Shown one piece after another: positions 1-10,521 of a DNA stretch of 64,000 nucleotides. The first letter of the stretch is position 1. Each line of letters opens with the position of its first letter. The notes below the pieces were generated by a model that did not search any database, had not been told where the DNA came from, and worked only from the letters and a program-made list of their open reading frames with translations. The DNA is from Gammaproteobacteria bacterium (GTDB lineage: Bacteria > Pseudomonadota > Gammaproteobacteria > JAADGQ01). The stretch spans positions 8,433 to 72,432 of the forward strand of contig WFXF01000002.1 of NCBI GenBank assembly GCA_015490755.1, written 5' to 3'. The translations under genes and the position numbers were made by a program.

Positions 1-558
1 GTGGGTGAAAAAGTACTTATTGCTGGCTTGCTGGCAACCGATCTGCAATTTTATTCGCGGCGTTTGACATTGGATAAAGGGAGTCAGCATGGTGTGTATT
101 CCGGTCAGCCAGTACTGAATGCTCATGGGGTGGTGGGGCAAATTGTTGAGGTGGGACTTTATTCCAGTATTGCAATGCTGATTACAGATTCAAGTCATGC
201 TGTGCCTGTACAAGTACTGCGCAACGGACTGCGCGCACTTGTCGAAGGGCGAGGAGCAAGTAATCGCCTGGCATTACCTTATTTGTCGATGAGTGCAGAT
301 ATTCAGGTAGATGATCTGTTGGTTACTTCCGGGTTGGGGGGGGTGTTTCCTCCTAATTATCCCGTTGCAATTGTCAAGTCAGTTGAACGCAATCCGGGTC
401 AAACTTTTATGACTATCAGCGCAGAACCTCTTGCGTTATTGGATAGTGGGCGTGAAGTGTTATTAATATGGAACACTCAAAATATAGAATCCGATGAAAA
501 AAATACAGCGAGTAGCAAAGATGAGTCGGACTTAACTGAAACAGATCGTGCACAATGA
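1..558 (+). CDS. mreC: rod shape-determining protein MreC, C-terminal part (5' end lies outside the window)
   Basis: Open from base 1. Translation matches the MreC C-terminal domain (GxVGxV... LVTSGLGGVFPxxYPVA). It is followed, with a 4-bp overlap, by mreD. Confidence 0.85.
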   Translation: MGEKVLIAGLLATDLQFYSRRLTLDKGSQHGVYSGQPVLNAHGVVGQIVEVGLYSSIAMLITDSSHAVPVQVLRNGLRALVEGRGASNRLALPYLSMSADIQVDDLLVTSGLGGVFPPNYPVAIVKSVERNPGQTFMTISAEPLALLDSGREVLLIWNTQNIESDEKNTASSKDESDLTETDRAQ

Positions 559-1046
559 AAGTGACGACACCCAATGCCGGCTGGGTGATTGTACTCACCT
601 TTTTTATTGCAATATTGCTAATGATTATGCCTTTACCGGAATGGGGGCAGCCACTTCGGCCTCATTGGGTGGCAATGGTTTTGGTCTATTGGTGTCTGGC
701 TTTGCCATCTCGTATCGGTATTTTGAGCGCCTGGAGCTGTGGTCTGTTGCTGGATGTACTCTCTGGAACTCTTCTGGGCGAACAAGCACTGGCTTTAAGT
801 CTGGTTGCTTATATTACACTGTGGTTACACAAACGAATTCGTGTCAAACCACTTTTGCACCAGGCATTGATACTATTTTTAATATTGCTGCTGGCTCACC
901 ATATTCCATTGTTGTGGATACAGGGTATTAGTGGGCAGTCAATTCAAAGCTGGACATATTGGATAACGCCTTTTAGTAGTGCTCTATTGTGGCCTGTTGT
1001 ATTTTTATTATTGCGATATGTGCGACGTAAATTCAGAGTGACCTGA
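555..1046 (+). CDS. mreD: rod shape-determining protein MreD
   Basis: 163-aa polytopic membrane protein. Its start overlaps the mreC stop (ATGA), as in the mreBCD operon. Confidence 0.82.
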   Translation: MKVTTPNAGWVIVLTFFIAILLMIMPLPEWGQPLRPHWVAMVLVYWCLALPSRIGILSAWSCGLLLDVLSGTLLGEQALALSLVAYITLWLHKRIRVKPLLHQALILFLILLLAHHIPLLWIQGISGQSIQSWTYWITPFSSALLWPVVFLLLRYVRRKFRVT

Positions 1047-1050
1047 TTTT

Positions 1051-2886
1051 ATGCAACGTCGCGATATCAAAGACCATATCAGGGAGAGTCGTAACTTTAG
1101 CCATCGATCTGCCGCGGCCCTGGTGCTTGTCGTAATTTTAGTGTCAGTAATTTTGGGAAGGCTTGTTTATTTGCAGGTTGCGAACTATGAACACTACACC
1201 ACACAAGCACAGAATAATCGGGTAAAAATTATTCCAGTCGCCCCTACCCGCGGTTTGATCTATGATCGCAATGGTGTCATTTTGGCTCAAAACCAAACTT
1301 CATTTACGCTGGAAATAATACCAGAAAAAGTGGATGACCTAGAGGTAATGCTGGCCGAGCTGCGCAGCATTATTTCTGTCAGTGATGCAGATATAGAACG
1401 TTTTTATCGAGATATGAAGCGACAGCGTCGTTTTGACAGCGTACCTTTGCGTTACTGGTTGACAGATGATGAGGTTGCAAAATTTTCAGTTGTACGATAT
1501 CGCTTTTCCGGAGTAACAATTAAAGCACGTTTGGTGCGCCATTATACTTATGGGCAGTTGACCACTCATGTGTTGGGGTATGTTGCACGCATCAATGAAA
1601 AAGAGCAAAAACAGGTTGATGAGTCTAACTATAGTGCAACAAATTATATTGGAAAAACAGGCGTTGAAAAGTATTACGAAACCCAGCTGCATGGCCAGGT
1701 AGGTTATGAAAAAATAGAAGCTAATGTTCAGGGGCGCGTTTTACGTATTTTAGAGCGTACAGTGCCGGTGGCGGGTGATAGCCTGAATTTAACTCTTGAT
1801 ATTGATTTACAGATTGTTGCGAGCCAGGCATTGAATAAGTATCGGGGGGCTGTGGTGGCCATTAAGCCTGAAACGGGCGAAATTTTAGCCTTTGTGAGTA
1901 TGCCGAGCTACGATCCTAACCAGTATACCGTTGGGTTTGGTCATGCGGCATATAAAGCGCTGCTTGAATCACCCGATCGTCCACTTTTTAATCGTGCTTT
2001 ACGTGGCCGCTATCCCCCAGGATCTACTGTCAAACCCTTTGTAGGGTTGGCAGGGTTGCAATTTAAGGAGGCGCGGCAGGAGGTTTATTGCCCCGGCTGG
2101 TTTTCATTAGAGGGGGATGACCACCGTTATCGTGACTGGAAGCAGACCGGTCATGATATGACGTCACTGAAAAAAGCAATTGTAGAGTCATGTGACGTTT
2201 ATTTCTATGATTTGGCGTTACGTTTGGGTATTGACCGGATTTCACCTTTTATGAAGCAGTTTGGCTTTGGTTTACTCACTGAGGTTGATATCAGTGGTGA
2301 ATTAAGCGGTTTGATGCCATCAAGGCAGTGGAAACGAGCCGAACGCTATCGTATATGGTTTCCAGGGGAGACTTTAATCACAGGGATTGGTCAGGGGTTT
2401 ATGTTATCAACACCATTGCAACTAGCTTCATCGACAGCAGCGCTGGCAAATAATGGCATTCAAATGAAGCCGCATATTGTTGCATCCACATCGGTGGCTG
2501 GCAGAATGGCTCCAATTGTCAAGCCGCCCGAATTGTTGCACAAAGTGACTAATCTGAATGAAAGTAATATGAGTTATATTATTTCTGCGATGCGCAGTGT
2601 TGTGCACAGCTCAACAGGGAGTGCCCGAAAAATTTCTCATAACTTAACATACGATATTGCGGGAAAAACGGGAACATCACAGGTTTTCGGTATCAAGCAG
2701 GATGAGGTGTATGTCAAAGAAGAAATTGCAGAAAGATTGCGCGATCATGCGTTGTTTATCGCATTTGCGCCTATCGAACACCCAAAGATTGCGATTGCAG
2801 TCGTGGTCGAAAATGGGGGGAGTGGCGGCGACGTTGCTGCACCGATTGCGAGGCAGGTCATGGATGCTTATCTGAAAAAACAGTGA
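1051..2886 (+). CDS. mrdA: peptidoglycan D,D-transpeptidase, penicillin-binding protein 2
   Basis: 611 aa with an N-terminal TM anchor, a PBP dimerisation domain and a transpeptidase domain with STVK, SCD and KTG(T) motifs. Followed by rodA. Confidence 0.93.
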   Translation: MQRRDIKDHIRESRNFSHRSAAALVLVVILVSVILGRLVYLQVANYEHYTTQAQNNRVKIIPVAPTRGLIYDRNGVILAQNQTSFTLEIIPEKVDDLEVMLAELRSIISVSDADIERFYRDMKRQRRFDSVPLRYWLTDDEVAKFSVVRYRFSGVTIKARLVRHYTYGQLTTHVLGYVARINEKEQKQVDESNYSATNYIGKTGVEKYYETQLHGQVGYEKIEANVQGRVLRILERTVPVAGDSLNLTLDIDLQIVASQALNKYRGAVVAIKPETGEILAFVSMPSYDPNQYTVGFGHAAYKALLESPDRPLFNRALRGRYPPGSTVKPFVGLAGLQFKEARQEVYCPGWFSLEGDDHRYRDWKQTGHDMTSLKKAIVESCDVYFYDLALRLGIDRISPFMKQFGFGLLTEVDISGELSGLMPSRQWKRAERYRIWFPGETLITGIGQGFMLSTPLQLASSTAALANNGIQMKPHIVASTSVAGRMAPIVKPPELLHKVTNLNESNMSYIISAMRSVVHSSTGSARKISHNLTYDIAGKTGTSQVFGIKQDEVYVKEEIAERLRDHALFIAFAPIEHPKIAIAVVVENGGSGGDVAAPIARQVMDAYLKKQ

Positions 2887-2899
2887 TGACAGCATAGTT

Positions 2900-4036
2900 A
2901 TGGCAAATATGAATTATGAATCACACTCATATTGGAGTGGTAGTGCAAGCAAACGCTGGTTTATGACGCGATTGCATCTGGATTGGCCATTGACTGTGGG
3001 GTTGGTTCTTTTGTCAATTGTAGGGTTGTTTATCCTCTATAGCGCAAGCGGTCAGGATATGGCCTCTATCGAGAGGCAGGGGATTCGTCTGGGGCTGGCT
3101 TTTGCCGTGATGATTGCAGTAGCACAGATCAATCCTTATCAAATCCAGCGATGGGCACCGTGGATATTTGGCCTGGGGGTGATTTTGTTAATCGCCGTGC
3201 TGATTTTTGGAGTGATCGGAAAAGGTGCACAGCGCTGGCTGGATTTTGGTTTTTTTCGTTTTCAACCGTCAGAATTAATGAAAATCGCAGTGCCTATGAT
3301 GGTGGCATGGTATGTCGCCGATCGGCCTCTACCGCCTAAGTCAAAAAGAGCGTTTGGTGCCTTGTTATTGATATTAGTGCCTACTTTTTTGATTTCCCGG
3401 CAGCCTGATCTGGGAACATCGTTATTGATTGCTTCTGCAGGGCTCTGGGTGCTTTTTTTATCGGGTATTCGTAAACGTGTGATCGGGGGAGCCATTTTGC
3501 TGGCACTAGCATTTGCCCCTGCTCTCTGGATGACAATGCATGATTATCAGCGTTCTCGAGTCTTGATGTTTCTAAATCCGCAAAATGACCCGCTGGGGGC
3601 GGGTTATCATATTATTCAGTCGAAAATTGCGATTGGTTCGGGGGGGATCTATGGTAAGGGTTGGTTGAATGGCAGTCAGTCGCAATTAGAATTTTTACCT
3701 GAGCGTTCAACCGATTTTATTTTTGCAGTTTTTAGTGAAGAGTTTGGCCTGTTGGGTATTTTTCTTCTGTTGATGCTTTATCTGTTTATCATTGTGCGAG
3801 GGCTATATATCGCGACGCAGGCGCAAACTTCATTTAATCGATTGCTGGCAGGGAGCTTGATTCTCACTTTTTTTGTTTACATCTTTGTCAATATAGGTAT
3901 GGTGACAGGTTTGCTGCCTGTTGTGGGAGTACCTCTACCCTTGGTTAGTTATGGAGGAACATCAATGGTGACCTTGATGGCTGCATTTGGTGTTTTGATG
4001 TCCATTCATACGCATCGGCGTTTACTGGTGCGTTAA
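2900..4036 (+). CDS. mrdB: SEDS-family peptidoglycan glycosyltransferase RodA
   Basis: 378-aa polytopic membrane protein of the FtsW/RodA family. Conserved position after mrdA. Confidence 0.93.
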   Translation: MANMNYESHSYWSGSASKRWFMTRLHLDWPLTVGLVLLSIVGLFILYSASGQDMASIERQGIRLGLAFAVMIAVAQINPYQIQRWAPWIFGLGVILLIAVLIFGVIGKGAQRWLDFGFFRFQPSELMKIAVPMMVAWYVADRPLPPKSKRAFGALLLILVPTFLISRQPDLGTSLLIASAGLWVLFLSGIRKRVIGGAILLALAFAPALWMTMHDYQRSRVLMFLNPQNDPLGAGYHIIQSKIAIGSGGIYGKGWLNGSQSQLEFLPERSTDFIFAVFSEEFGLLGIFLLLMLYLFIIVRGLYIATQAQTSFNRLLAGSLILTFFVYIFVNIGMVTGLLPVVGVPLPLVSYGGTSMVTLMAAFGVLMSIHTHRRLLVR

Positions 4037-4046
4037 CAGTTTAGAA

Positions 4047-5051
4047 ATGAAAATGAAAAAAACAGTTTTAATACTTTTAGTTGTCTCGGCAATCGTGGGT
4101 TCGTCATTACAAGCTGCATCTTTGGAGCAGAGGGATGATGTCAAGGCTTTCATTCAATCTATGGTGGAAAAACATGGCTTTGAATCCACTGAATTGCTTC
4201 AATTGTTTAAACAAGTGGAGCTGCGTGAAGATATTATCGAGTTAATGACCCGACCTGCTGAAGGGAAACCCTGGCATGAATATCGACCCATTTTTGTGAC
4301 TAAAAAACGAATTCAGGGCGGGGTTAAGTTTTGGAATGAAAATAGAGAGATTTTGTTGCGGGCAGAAAAAGAGTATGGTGTGCCGCCCGAAATTATTACT
4401 GCCATTATTGGTGTTGAGACACGTTATGGAGGCTATATTGGCAAGCATCGGGTGATTGATGCATTGACTACGCTCGGTTTTGATTATCCAAAGCGGGCTA
4501 AGTTTTTTAGCAGTGAACTTGAACACTTTCTATTATTGATGCGTGATGAATCCAAAGATCCTTTGATTCCAGTTGGCTCTTATGCCGGGGCAATGGGAAT
4601 ACCTCAATTTATTCCAAGTAGCTATCGTCATTATGCGGTTGATTTTGATGGCGATGGTAAGCGTGATTTGTGGGAAAACCGGGCCGATGTGATTGGCAGT
4701 GTTGCAAGTTATTTTCAACGGCACGGTTGGCAAGCCGGGCAGCCTGTCGTGAGCCAGGTGAAGGTTGAAGGTGATGGTTATATTGCATTGCTGAAAGCGG
4801 GAATTAAACCAAAACATAATTTGAAACACTTTAGGGAGAATGGTGTGATCATCAGTGATAAGTTTTCTGATGAACTGCCTGCTGCACTGCTAAAGTATGA
4901 AACGAAGTCAGAGCCGGAGTATTGGATAGGTCTGCAAAATTTTTATACGATTACACGATATAATCACAGTAAGCGTTACGCTATGGCTGTGTATCAGTTA
5001 GCAATGGCGATTCGCGATGCTCATAAAAATCAAAAACAAGTCAGCAGATAA
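4047..5051 (+). CDS. mltB: lytic murein transglycosylase B
   Basis: Signal peptide, and MltB/Slt35-family conserved stretches (e.g. ...ETRYGGYIGKH...). Confidence 0.85.
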   Translation: MKMKKTVLILLVVSAIVGSSLQAASLEQRDDVKAFIQSMVEKHGFESTELLQLFKQVELREDIIELMTRPAEGKPWHEYRPIFVTKKRIQGGVKFWNENREILLRAEKEYGVPPEIITAIIGVETRYGGYIGKHRVIDALTTLGFDYPKRAKFFSSELEHFLLLMRDESKDPLIPVGSYAGAMGIPQFIPSSYRHYAVDFDGDGKRDLWENRADVIGSVASYFQRHGWQAGQPVVSQVKVEGDGYIALLKAGIKPKHNLKHFRENGVIISDKFSDELPAALLKYETKSEPEYWIGLQNFYTITRYNHSKRYAMAVYQLAMAIRDAHKNQKQVSR

Positions 5052-5052
5052 A

Positions 5053-5853
5053 ATGAAAGATATTGTTGAAATATTTCATCGAAGCCGTGTGTTATGGATA
5101 GGGAGTGTGTTGTTTTTAAGCGCATGCAGCACAGTTGTGACTCAGCAGGATGGGCCGCCGCCGCATAGTGTTGATGTCAGTTCGATTGGTAATGCAAAAC
5201 CAAAATTTGAAGCACGCAGCAGGTATGGAAACCCTGAATCATACGTTGTTGGCAACCGGCGTTATTACACAATGGAGAGTAGTCAAGGGTATGTGGATGA
5301 AGGGGTTGCTTCATGGTACGGCTCTAAATTTCATGGGCGACGTACGTCGAGTGGGGAGATCTATAATATGTACGGTATGACAGCTGCACACAAGAGCCTG
5401 CCATTACCGACCTATGTGGAGGTGACCAATCTGGATAATGGCCAAAAAATAGTTGTAAAGGTGAATGATCGCGGCCCGTTTGTTGATGGCCGTCTGATTG
5501 ATCTTTCGTATGTAGCCGCAGCCAAATTAGGTATCACGCAGCATGGCACAGGGCGAGTCAAGGTTCGTGCTATTGATGTAAAGCAAGGCGCACCTGCTGT
5601 GACGAAAGCAGAAGCAGTTTCATCGCGTGTCTATTTGCAGGTGGGAGCATTTAGTCAGCAGTATAATGCAGAAAAGCTACAAGACTCACTGACAGAGAAA
5701 CGTTTTGCAAACGTACATATCCATGAATCGAATGGCACTGGTAGTTCGCTTTACCGGGTTCGTATTGGGCCGGTTGATGATGAGGCGCTGCTGAAATTAG
5801 CAGCAAAAGTCAGACCTTACATAGGTCATGAACCTCATGTCGTTGTTGATTGA
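5053..5853 (+). CDS. rlpA: septal ring lytic transglycosylase RlpA family lipoprotein with a C-terminal SPOR domain
   Basis: The ORF opens at 5017, but the likely start is the ATG at 5053, because a lipoprotein signal (…LSAC) follows. It has a DPBB domain (GxASWYG… GxxTxSGE) and a C-terminal SPOR domain. Conserved position between mltB and dacA. Confidence 0.85.
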   Translation: MKDIVEIFHRSRVLWIGSVLFLSACSTVVTQQDGPPPHSVDVSSIGNAKPKFEARSRYGNPESYVVGNRRYYTMESSQGYVDEGVASWYGSKFHGRRTSSGEIYNMYGMTAAHKSLPLPTYVEVTNLDNGQKIVVKVNDRGPFVDGRLIDLSYVAAAKLGITQHGTGRVKVRAIDVKQGAPAVTKAEAVSSRVYLQVGAFSQQYNAEKLQDSLTEKRFANVHIHESNGTGSSLYRVRIGPVDDEALLKLAAKVRPYIGHEPHVVVD

Positions 5854-5897
5854 TTCTGTTCGGTATCAAATAAATATTTATAGGCTGAAAATAAAAA

Positions 5898-7055
5898 ATG
5901 AAACAAAAAATATCAATTCTTTATGGCTGCACTTTAGTCGTTTTGTTGAGTATTGTCGTCTGTAATAGTGCCTTTGCGATACCCAAAATAATTCCACAGC
6001 CCCCCAGTGTTGCTGCACGTGGCTATATTGTTCAGGATTTTAATAGTGGTTATGTGATTGCGGAAAAAAATGCAGATACACGACTGGAGCCTGCAAGCCT
6101 GACCAAATTAATGACTGCTCTGGTTGTTTTTGAAAAGCTACGTGAAGGTGAAATTGTTTTGGATGAGCCTGTGATGATCAGTGAAAAAGCATGGCGTATG
6201 CAAGGCTCAAGAATGTTTGTTGAGGTAAATAAACAGGTCTCTATCGAAAAGCTGCTTAAAGGTCTGATTATACAGTCAGGTAATGATGCAAGTGTTGCTT
6301 TGGCGGAGCATGTGGCGGGTAGCGAAGAGGGCTTCGTTACAATGATGAATGGTTACGCCAGTGAATTTGGTATGGAGGGTACCCATTTTATGAATAGTAC
6401 GGGTCTGCCCGATGAGAACCACTATACAACCGCTCGTGATATGGCGAAGTTAACACAGAAGATCATCGAACGCTTTCCTGAATATTATTCATGGTACTCC
6501 ATAAAAGAGTACAGCTATGGCGGTATCAAACAATTCAATCGCAACAAACTGCTGTGGCGCGATAAATCAGTTGATGGCCTTAAAACAGGGCATACAAAAT
6601 CTGCTGGATACTGTCTGATTACATCTGCGAAACGTAATGGTATGCGCTTGATTTCCGTGGTGATTGGTGCAAAAAGTGAAGAAGGTCGTGCGCAAGAGAG
6701 CCAGCGTTTGTTAAATTACAGCTTTCGCTTTTTTGAAACCCGTAAGCTTTACTCAGCTAATGAAGTATTAACTACGACCAAGGTCTGGAAAGGCGAGATA
6801 GAGGAGTTGCAACTCGGTGTAGGTCGTGATTTCTATTTGACGTTTCCACGAGGCCGGTATAAAAATCTGGATGCTTCGATGAGTGTTGATAATCTTGTTT
6901 ATGCTCCTGTGAAGCGCGGTCAAGAACTGGGTTCAGTGAATATTAAACTGAATGACCAAGAGCTGGGTTCACAGCCATTAATTGCATTGAATGGTGTTGA
7001 AGAGGGTGGTTTTTTTCAACGTATGGTTGATGAAGTTTATTTAATGTTTGAGTAA
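5898..7055 (+). CDS. dacA: D-alanyl-D-alanine carboxypeptidase (PBP5/6 family, serine-type)
   Basis: Signal peptide, an SxxK motif (ASLTK), SGN, KTG, and the C-terminal PBP5 domain. Confidence 0.9.
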   Translation: MKQKISILYGCTLVVLLSIVVCNSAFAIPKIIPQPPSVAARGYIVQDFNSGYVIAEKNADTRLEPASLTKLMTALVVFEKLREGEIVLDEPVMISEKAWRMQGSRMFVEVNKQVSIEKLLKGLIIQSGNDASVALAEHVAGSEEGFVTMMNGYASEFGMEGTHFMNSTGLPDENHYTTARDMAKLTQKIIERFPEYYSWYSIKEYSYGGIKQFNRNKLLWRDKSVDGLKTGHTKSAGYCLITSAKRNGMRLISVVIGAKSEEGRAQESQRLLNYSFRFFETRKLYSANEVLTTTKVWKGEIEELQLGVGRDFYLTFPRGRYKNLDASMSVDNLVYAPVKRGQELGSVNIKLNDQELGSQPLIALNGVEEGGFFQRMVDEVYLMFE

Positions 7056-7064
7056 GAGAGCTTT

Positions 7065-7934
7065 TTGATGAGCGCAGAAATTGTCTATCTGAATGGTGAA
7101 TTTTTACCCGCAGAAAAAGCATCTGTCTCGGTATTGGAGCGTGGTTTTATTTTTGGTGATGGTGTTTACGAAGTCATACCTGTGTATGGAGGTCGTTTGT
7201 TTCGCCTGGATGAGCACTTGAAGCGTTTAACCGATAGCCTGAGCTCTGTTCAAATCAAAAACCCATTATCAATATCGCAATGGCGAGACGTGATTATTGA
7301 GCTGGTTGCGCGAAATGGCGGAGGCGACCTATCGATCTATCTTCAGGTTACACGCGGTGTAGCGACACGCGACCATGCTTTTCCTGTTAATGTGCCATCT
7401 ACTCTGTTTTTGATGGCAAATCCATTAAAAGCGATGTCTGATGAAGTTCATAAAAAGGGTGTTGCGGCGGTAACAGCAGAAGATATTCGCTGGAAATATT
7501 GTCATATCAAGAGTATTTCATTGTTGGGTCATGTTATGTTGCGCCAACAGGCACTGGATCAAAATGCATCCGAAGCTATTTTGATTCGCGATGGTCATAT
7601 CACAGAAGGTGCTGCAAGCAATGTTTTTATCGTAAAAAATGGAGAATTGATCACACCTCCTAAAAGCGATTTCCTGTTGCCTGGAATCACACGTGATCTT
7701 GTTTTGGAAATTGCAGCGACGCATCATATTCCATTTAAAGAGGCTAATTTTACGCCGCAAGTGTTAAGTGGTGCTGATGAGGTTTGGCTGACCAGTTCTA
7801 CTAAAGAAATTTTACCCGTAACCTTGCTGAATGGTTTTCCCGTTGGTTGTGGTAAACCGGATATTTTGTGGCAGCGTATGATCGCGTTGTATCAAGAATA
7901 TAAACAAAATATTCGAAAAAATTTGTCGCATTAG
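7065..7934 (+). CDS. class IV (fold type IV) PLP aminotransferase; closest to D-amino-acid / D-alanine aminotransferase
   Basis: 289 aa. The ERGFIFGDGVYEV and EGAASNVF motifs are typical of Dat/BCAT-type class IV enzymes. PabC (aminodeoxychorismate lyase) is an alternative given the adjacent ubiC. Confidence 0.75.
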   Translation: MMSAEIVYLNGEFLPAEKASVSVLERGFIFGDGVYEVIPVYGGRLFRLDEHLKRLTDSLSSVQIKNPLSISQWRDVIIELVARNGGGDLSIYLQVTRGVATRDHAFPVNVPSTLFLMANPLKAMSDEVHKKGVAAVTAEDIRWKYCHIKSISLLGHVMLRQQALDQNASEAILIRDGHITEGAASNVFIVKNGELITPPKSDFLLPGITRDLVLEIAATHHIPFKEANFTPQVLSGADEVWLTSSTKEILPVTLLNGFPVGCGKPDILWQRMIALYQEYKQNIRKNLSH

Positions 7935-7940
7935 TTCATT

Positions 7941-8528
7941 GTGAGCCAGATTCGATGGAGTATCGGTAAACATCATTACGAGCCTGAATGGTTCAAGGTG
8001 AACCGGCAATTGCAATATACCATTCCCCGTGAATTACAGTGCTGGATACTGGACTCAGGTTCATTAACTGAGCGTTTAAAAAGTGCAGCAAAGGGGCAGC
8101 TTCAGGTGCGTGTTATAGATATGTGTCATGAACGTCCGATGTGGAGTGAGCGCCAGGCATTAAATATAGCTGATCAACAAGTAGCTTTGGTACGACATGT
8201 GCTCTTGTCAGGTTGTGGGCAACCATGGGTTTTTGCGAGAACAGTCATTCCCCTTGCATCATTAGGCCGATCCTTGAAACACTTGAAACGCTTGGGAAAC
8301 AGACCTTTAGGGGCTGTATTGTTTTCAGATAAAAATTTATTTCGTAGTGAGCTTGAGGTGACGGCTTGTAGCTCACGGGCAAATTTTTTTAATAAAATAA
8401 ACGTATGTTCGCAGAACTTTTCAGAAACTGAAGCGATTTGGGGGCGGCGTTCCCTGTTTAAATTGAAAGGGCAGCCTTTATTGGTGAGTGAGTTTTTTTT
8501 GCCAGGCATATACGGAGCAATACCCTAA
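7941..8528 (+). CDS. ubiC: chorismate--pyruvate lyase
   Basis: The C-terminal region resembles E. coli UbiC (…GRRSxxxLxGxPLLxxExFLP…). Immediately upstream of ubiA. Confidence 0.7.
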   Translation: MSQIRWSIGKHHYEPEWFKVNRQLQYTIPRELQCWILDSGSLTERLKSAAKGQLQVRVIDMCHERPMWSERQALNIADQQVALVRHVLLSGCGQPWVFARTVIPLASLGRSLKHLKRLGNRPLGAVLFSDKNLFRSELEVTACSSRANFFNKINVCSQNFSETEAIWGRRSLFKLKGQPLLVSEFFLPGIYGAIP

Positions 8529-8619
8529 GTCCGACAGCCTCTTGGCCTGTTAGCTTTTCACAGGCGGTTAGGGTGTTTGTAAGTATACCCATGGAAATTG
8601 TCAGTAACTGGAGCGATTC

Positions 8620-9531
8620 ATGAAAATAGATCTACCCCCTCAATATAGACGATGGGAGTATTGGGAACGACGACTTTACCTTTATGCGCGCCTGATGCGT
8701 CTGGATCGTCCTGTTGGAATATATCTGTTGCTATGGCCAACTTTATGGGCTTTGTGGATTGCCGCAGATGGTGTGCCTGATCCGTTGATTCTGGTTGTAT
8801 TTGTGTTGGGTGTGATTCTAATGCGTTCGGCGGGTTGTGTGATTAATGATTATGCCGACCGCAAAATTGATGGCAAAGTTGAGCGCACTCGAGATCGTGT
8901 TTTGGTGGCGGGTTATTTGCCTGCAAAAGAGGCTTTGGTGCTTTTTGCTGTATTGTGCGCTGTGGCATTTTTGCTCGTACTGCTCATGAATGGTTTAACC
9001 ATAATGCTCTCTTTTGTAGGCGTATTACTTGCCGCGATTTATCCCTTTATGAAGCGTTGGACTTATCTGCCTCAGGTTGTGCTTGGTATGGCATTTGCCT
9101 GGGCGATTCCGATGGCGTTTGCGGCACAAACAGGTGAAATACCTCAGGTGGCATGGTTGCTTTATATTGCGACCGTATTGTGGGCAACCGCTTACGATAC
9201 GATGTATGCGATGGTGGATCGTAAAGATGATCAATTGATCGGTGTTAAGTCTACGGCAATTTTGTTTGGTTCCGCAGATCGATTGATGATCGGAATGCTA
9301 CAGCTTCTGGCTTTGATTGTGATGCTTCTTGTGGGCAATCAACTGGAGCTAGGCGAATTTTATTTTATTGGTATATCGCTTGCCGCTATATTTGCTATAT
9401 ATCAACAGGTGTTAATTTCCAAGCGTCATCCGCGGAACTGTTTTAAGGCATTTCTTAATAATAACTGGTTTGGCGCTGCTATCTTTGGCGGCATTTTGTT
9501 ACATTACGCCGCATCCAGTTATTGTATTTAG
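8620..9531 (+). CDS. ubiA: 4-hydroxybenzoate octaprenyltransferase
   Basis: UbiA prenyltransferase family. It has the NDxxDRxxD motif ([16 protein letters not shown]) and a polytopic membrane topology. Confidence 0.92.
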   Translation: MKIDLPPQYRRWEYWERRLYLYARLMRLDRPVGIYLLLWPTLWALWIAADGVPDPLILVVFVLGVILMRSAGCVINDYADRKIDGKVERTRDRVLVAGYLPAKEALVLFAVLCAVAFLLVLLMNGLTIMLSFVGVLLAAIYPFMKRWTYLPQVVLGMAFAWAIPMAFAAQTGEIPQVAWLLYIATVLWATAYDTMYAMVDRKDDQLIGVKSTAILFGSADRLMIGMLQLLALIVMLLVGNQLELGEFYFIGISLAAIFAIYQQVLISKRHPRNCFKAFLNNNWFGAAIFGGILLHYAASSYCI

Positions 9532-9543
9532 GTATATTAAATT

Positions 9544-10521
9544 ATGTTGGTTTCATCCATTGCGGTTTTATTAGGTTTGATTGTCATGATCTGGGGGGCA
9601 GACCGGTGTGTGACAGGTGCTTCTGCATTAGCACGAAATCTGGGTGTTTCACCACTGGTGATTGGTTTAACAATTATTGGCTTTGGTACTTCGGCTCCTG
9701 AACTTTTAGTGTCTGGTCTGGCGACCTGGGAGGGCAATCCCGGATTGGCGGTGGGTAATGCTATTGGTTCCAATATCGCGAATATTGCGTTGGTCATTGG
9801 TGTGACGGCATTGGTGTCACCGTTAATAGTGAGTTCAAAAACGGTGCGGCGTGAATTCCCTGTTTTACTCGCCGTTGTGTTGTTGGCATTTATTTTAATG
9901 ATGGATGGCGAGCTATCACAAATTGACGGAGTGGTATTAATTGCCGGGCTGGTCGCTATGGTTGCCTGGGTTGTTCATTTGGGGCTTCAGGGTCATGAGT
10001 CCGGGAGTGATCCTGTCGAGCAAGAGTATGACGACGAGATCCCTAAAGATATGTCCATGTCGAAAGCATTAGCGTGGCTGATTGTTGGGTTGATCCTGTT
10101 ATTGGCGAGCTCCAAGGCGTTGGTTTGGGGTGCGGTGAATATTGCTGAGGCATTTGGTGTCAGTGACCTGATTATCGGTTTGACTATTATCGCAATTGGT
10201 ACCAGTCTGCCTGAATTAACCGCATCAGTGATGAGTGTGCTTAAAAAAGAGGATGACCTTGCCATTGGCAATATTATTGGCTCGAATATGATTAATATTC
10301 TGGGTGTATTGGCACTGCCTGGTTTGATTGCAGCGCCGGCCATACTGGATGCAGAAGTGATGAGCCGGGATTTTCCTTTTATGGCCATACTGACCGTTGT
10401 TTTATTGATTATGGCTTTTGGTCGAAAAGGGGCAGGTAAGATTTCACGCCTGGAGGGAGGCGTATTGTTAATCTCTTTTGTTGCTTATATGGTTTATCTC
10501 TATTTGAGCGCTGTTTCTTGA
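9544..10521 (+). CDS. yrbG: CaCA-family sodium:calcium antiporter (YrbG-like)
   Basis: Two internal alpha-repeats (GxSxPE). Conserved position upstream of kdsD. Confidence 0.85.
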   Translation: MLVSSIAVLLGLIVMIWGADRCVTGASALARNLGVSPLVIGLTIIGFGTSAPELLVSGLATWEGNPGLAVGNAIGSNIANIALVIGVTALVSPLIVSSKTVRREFPVLLAVVLLAFILMMDGELSQIDGVVLIAGLVAMVAWVVHLGLQGHESGSDPVEQEYDDEIPKDMSMSKALAWLIVGLILLLASSKALVWGAVNIAEAFGVSDLIIGLTIIAIGTSLPELTASVMSVLKKEDDLAIGNIIGSNMINILGVLALPGLIAAPAILDAEVMSRDFPFMAILTVVLLIMAFGRKGAGKISRLEGGVLLISFVAYMVYLYLSAVS

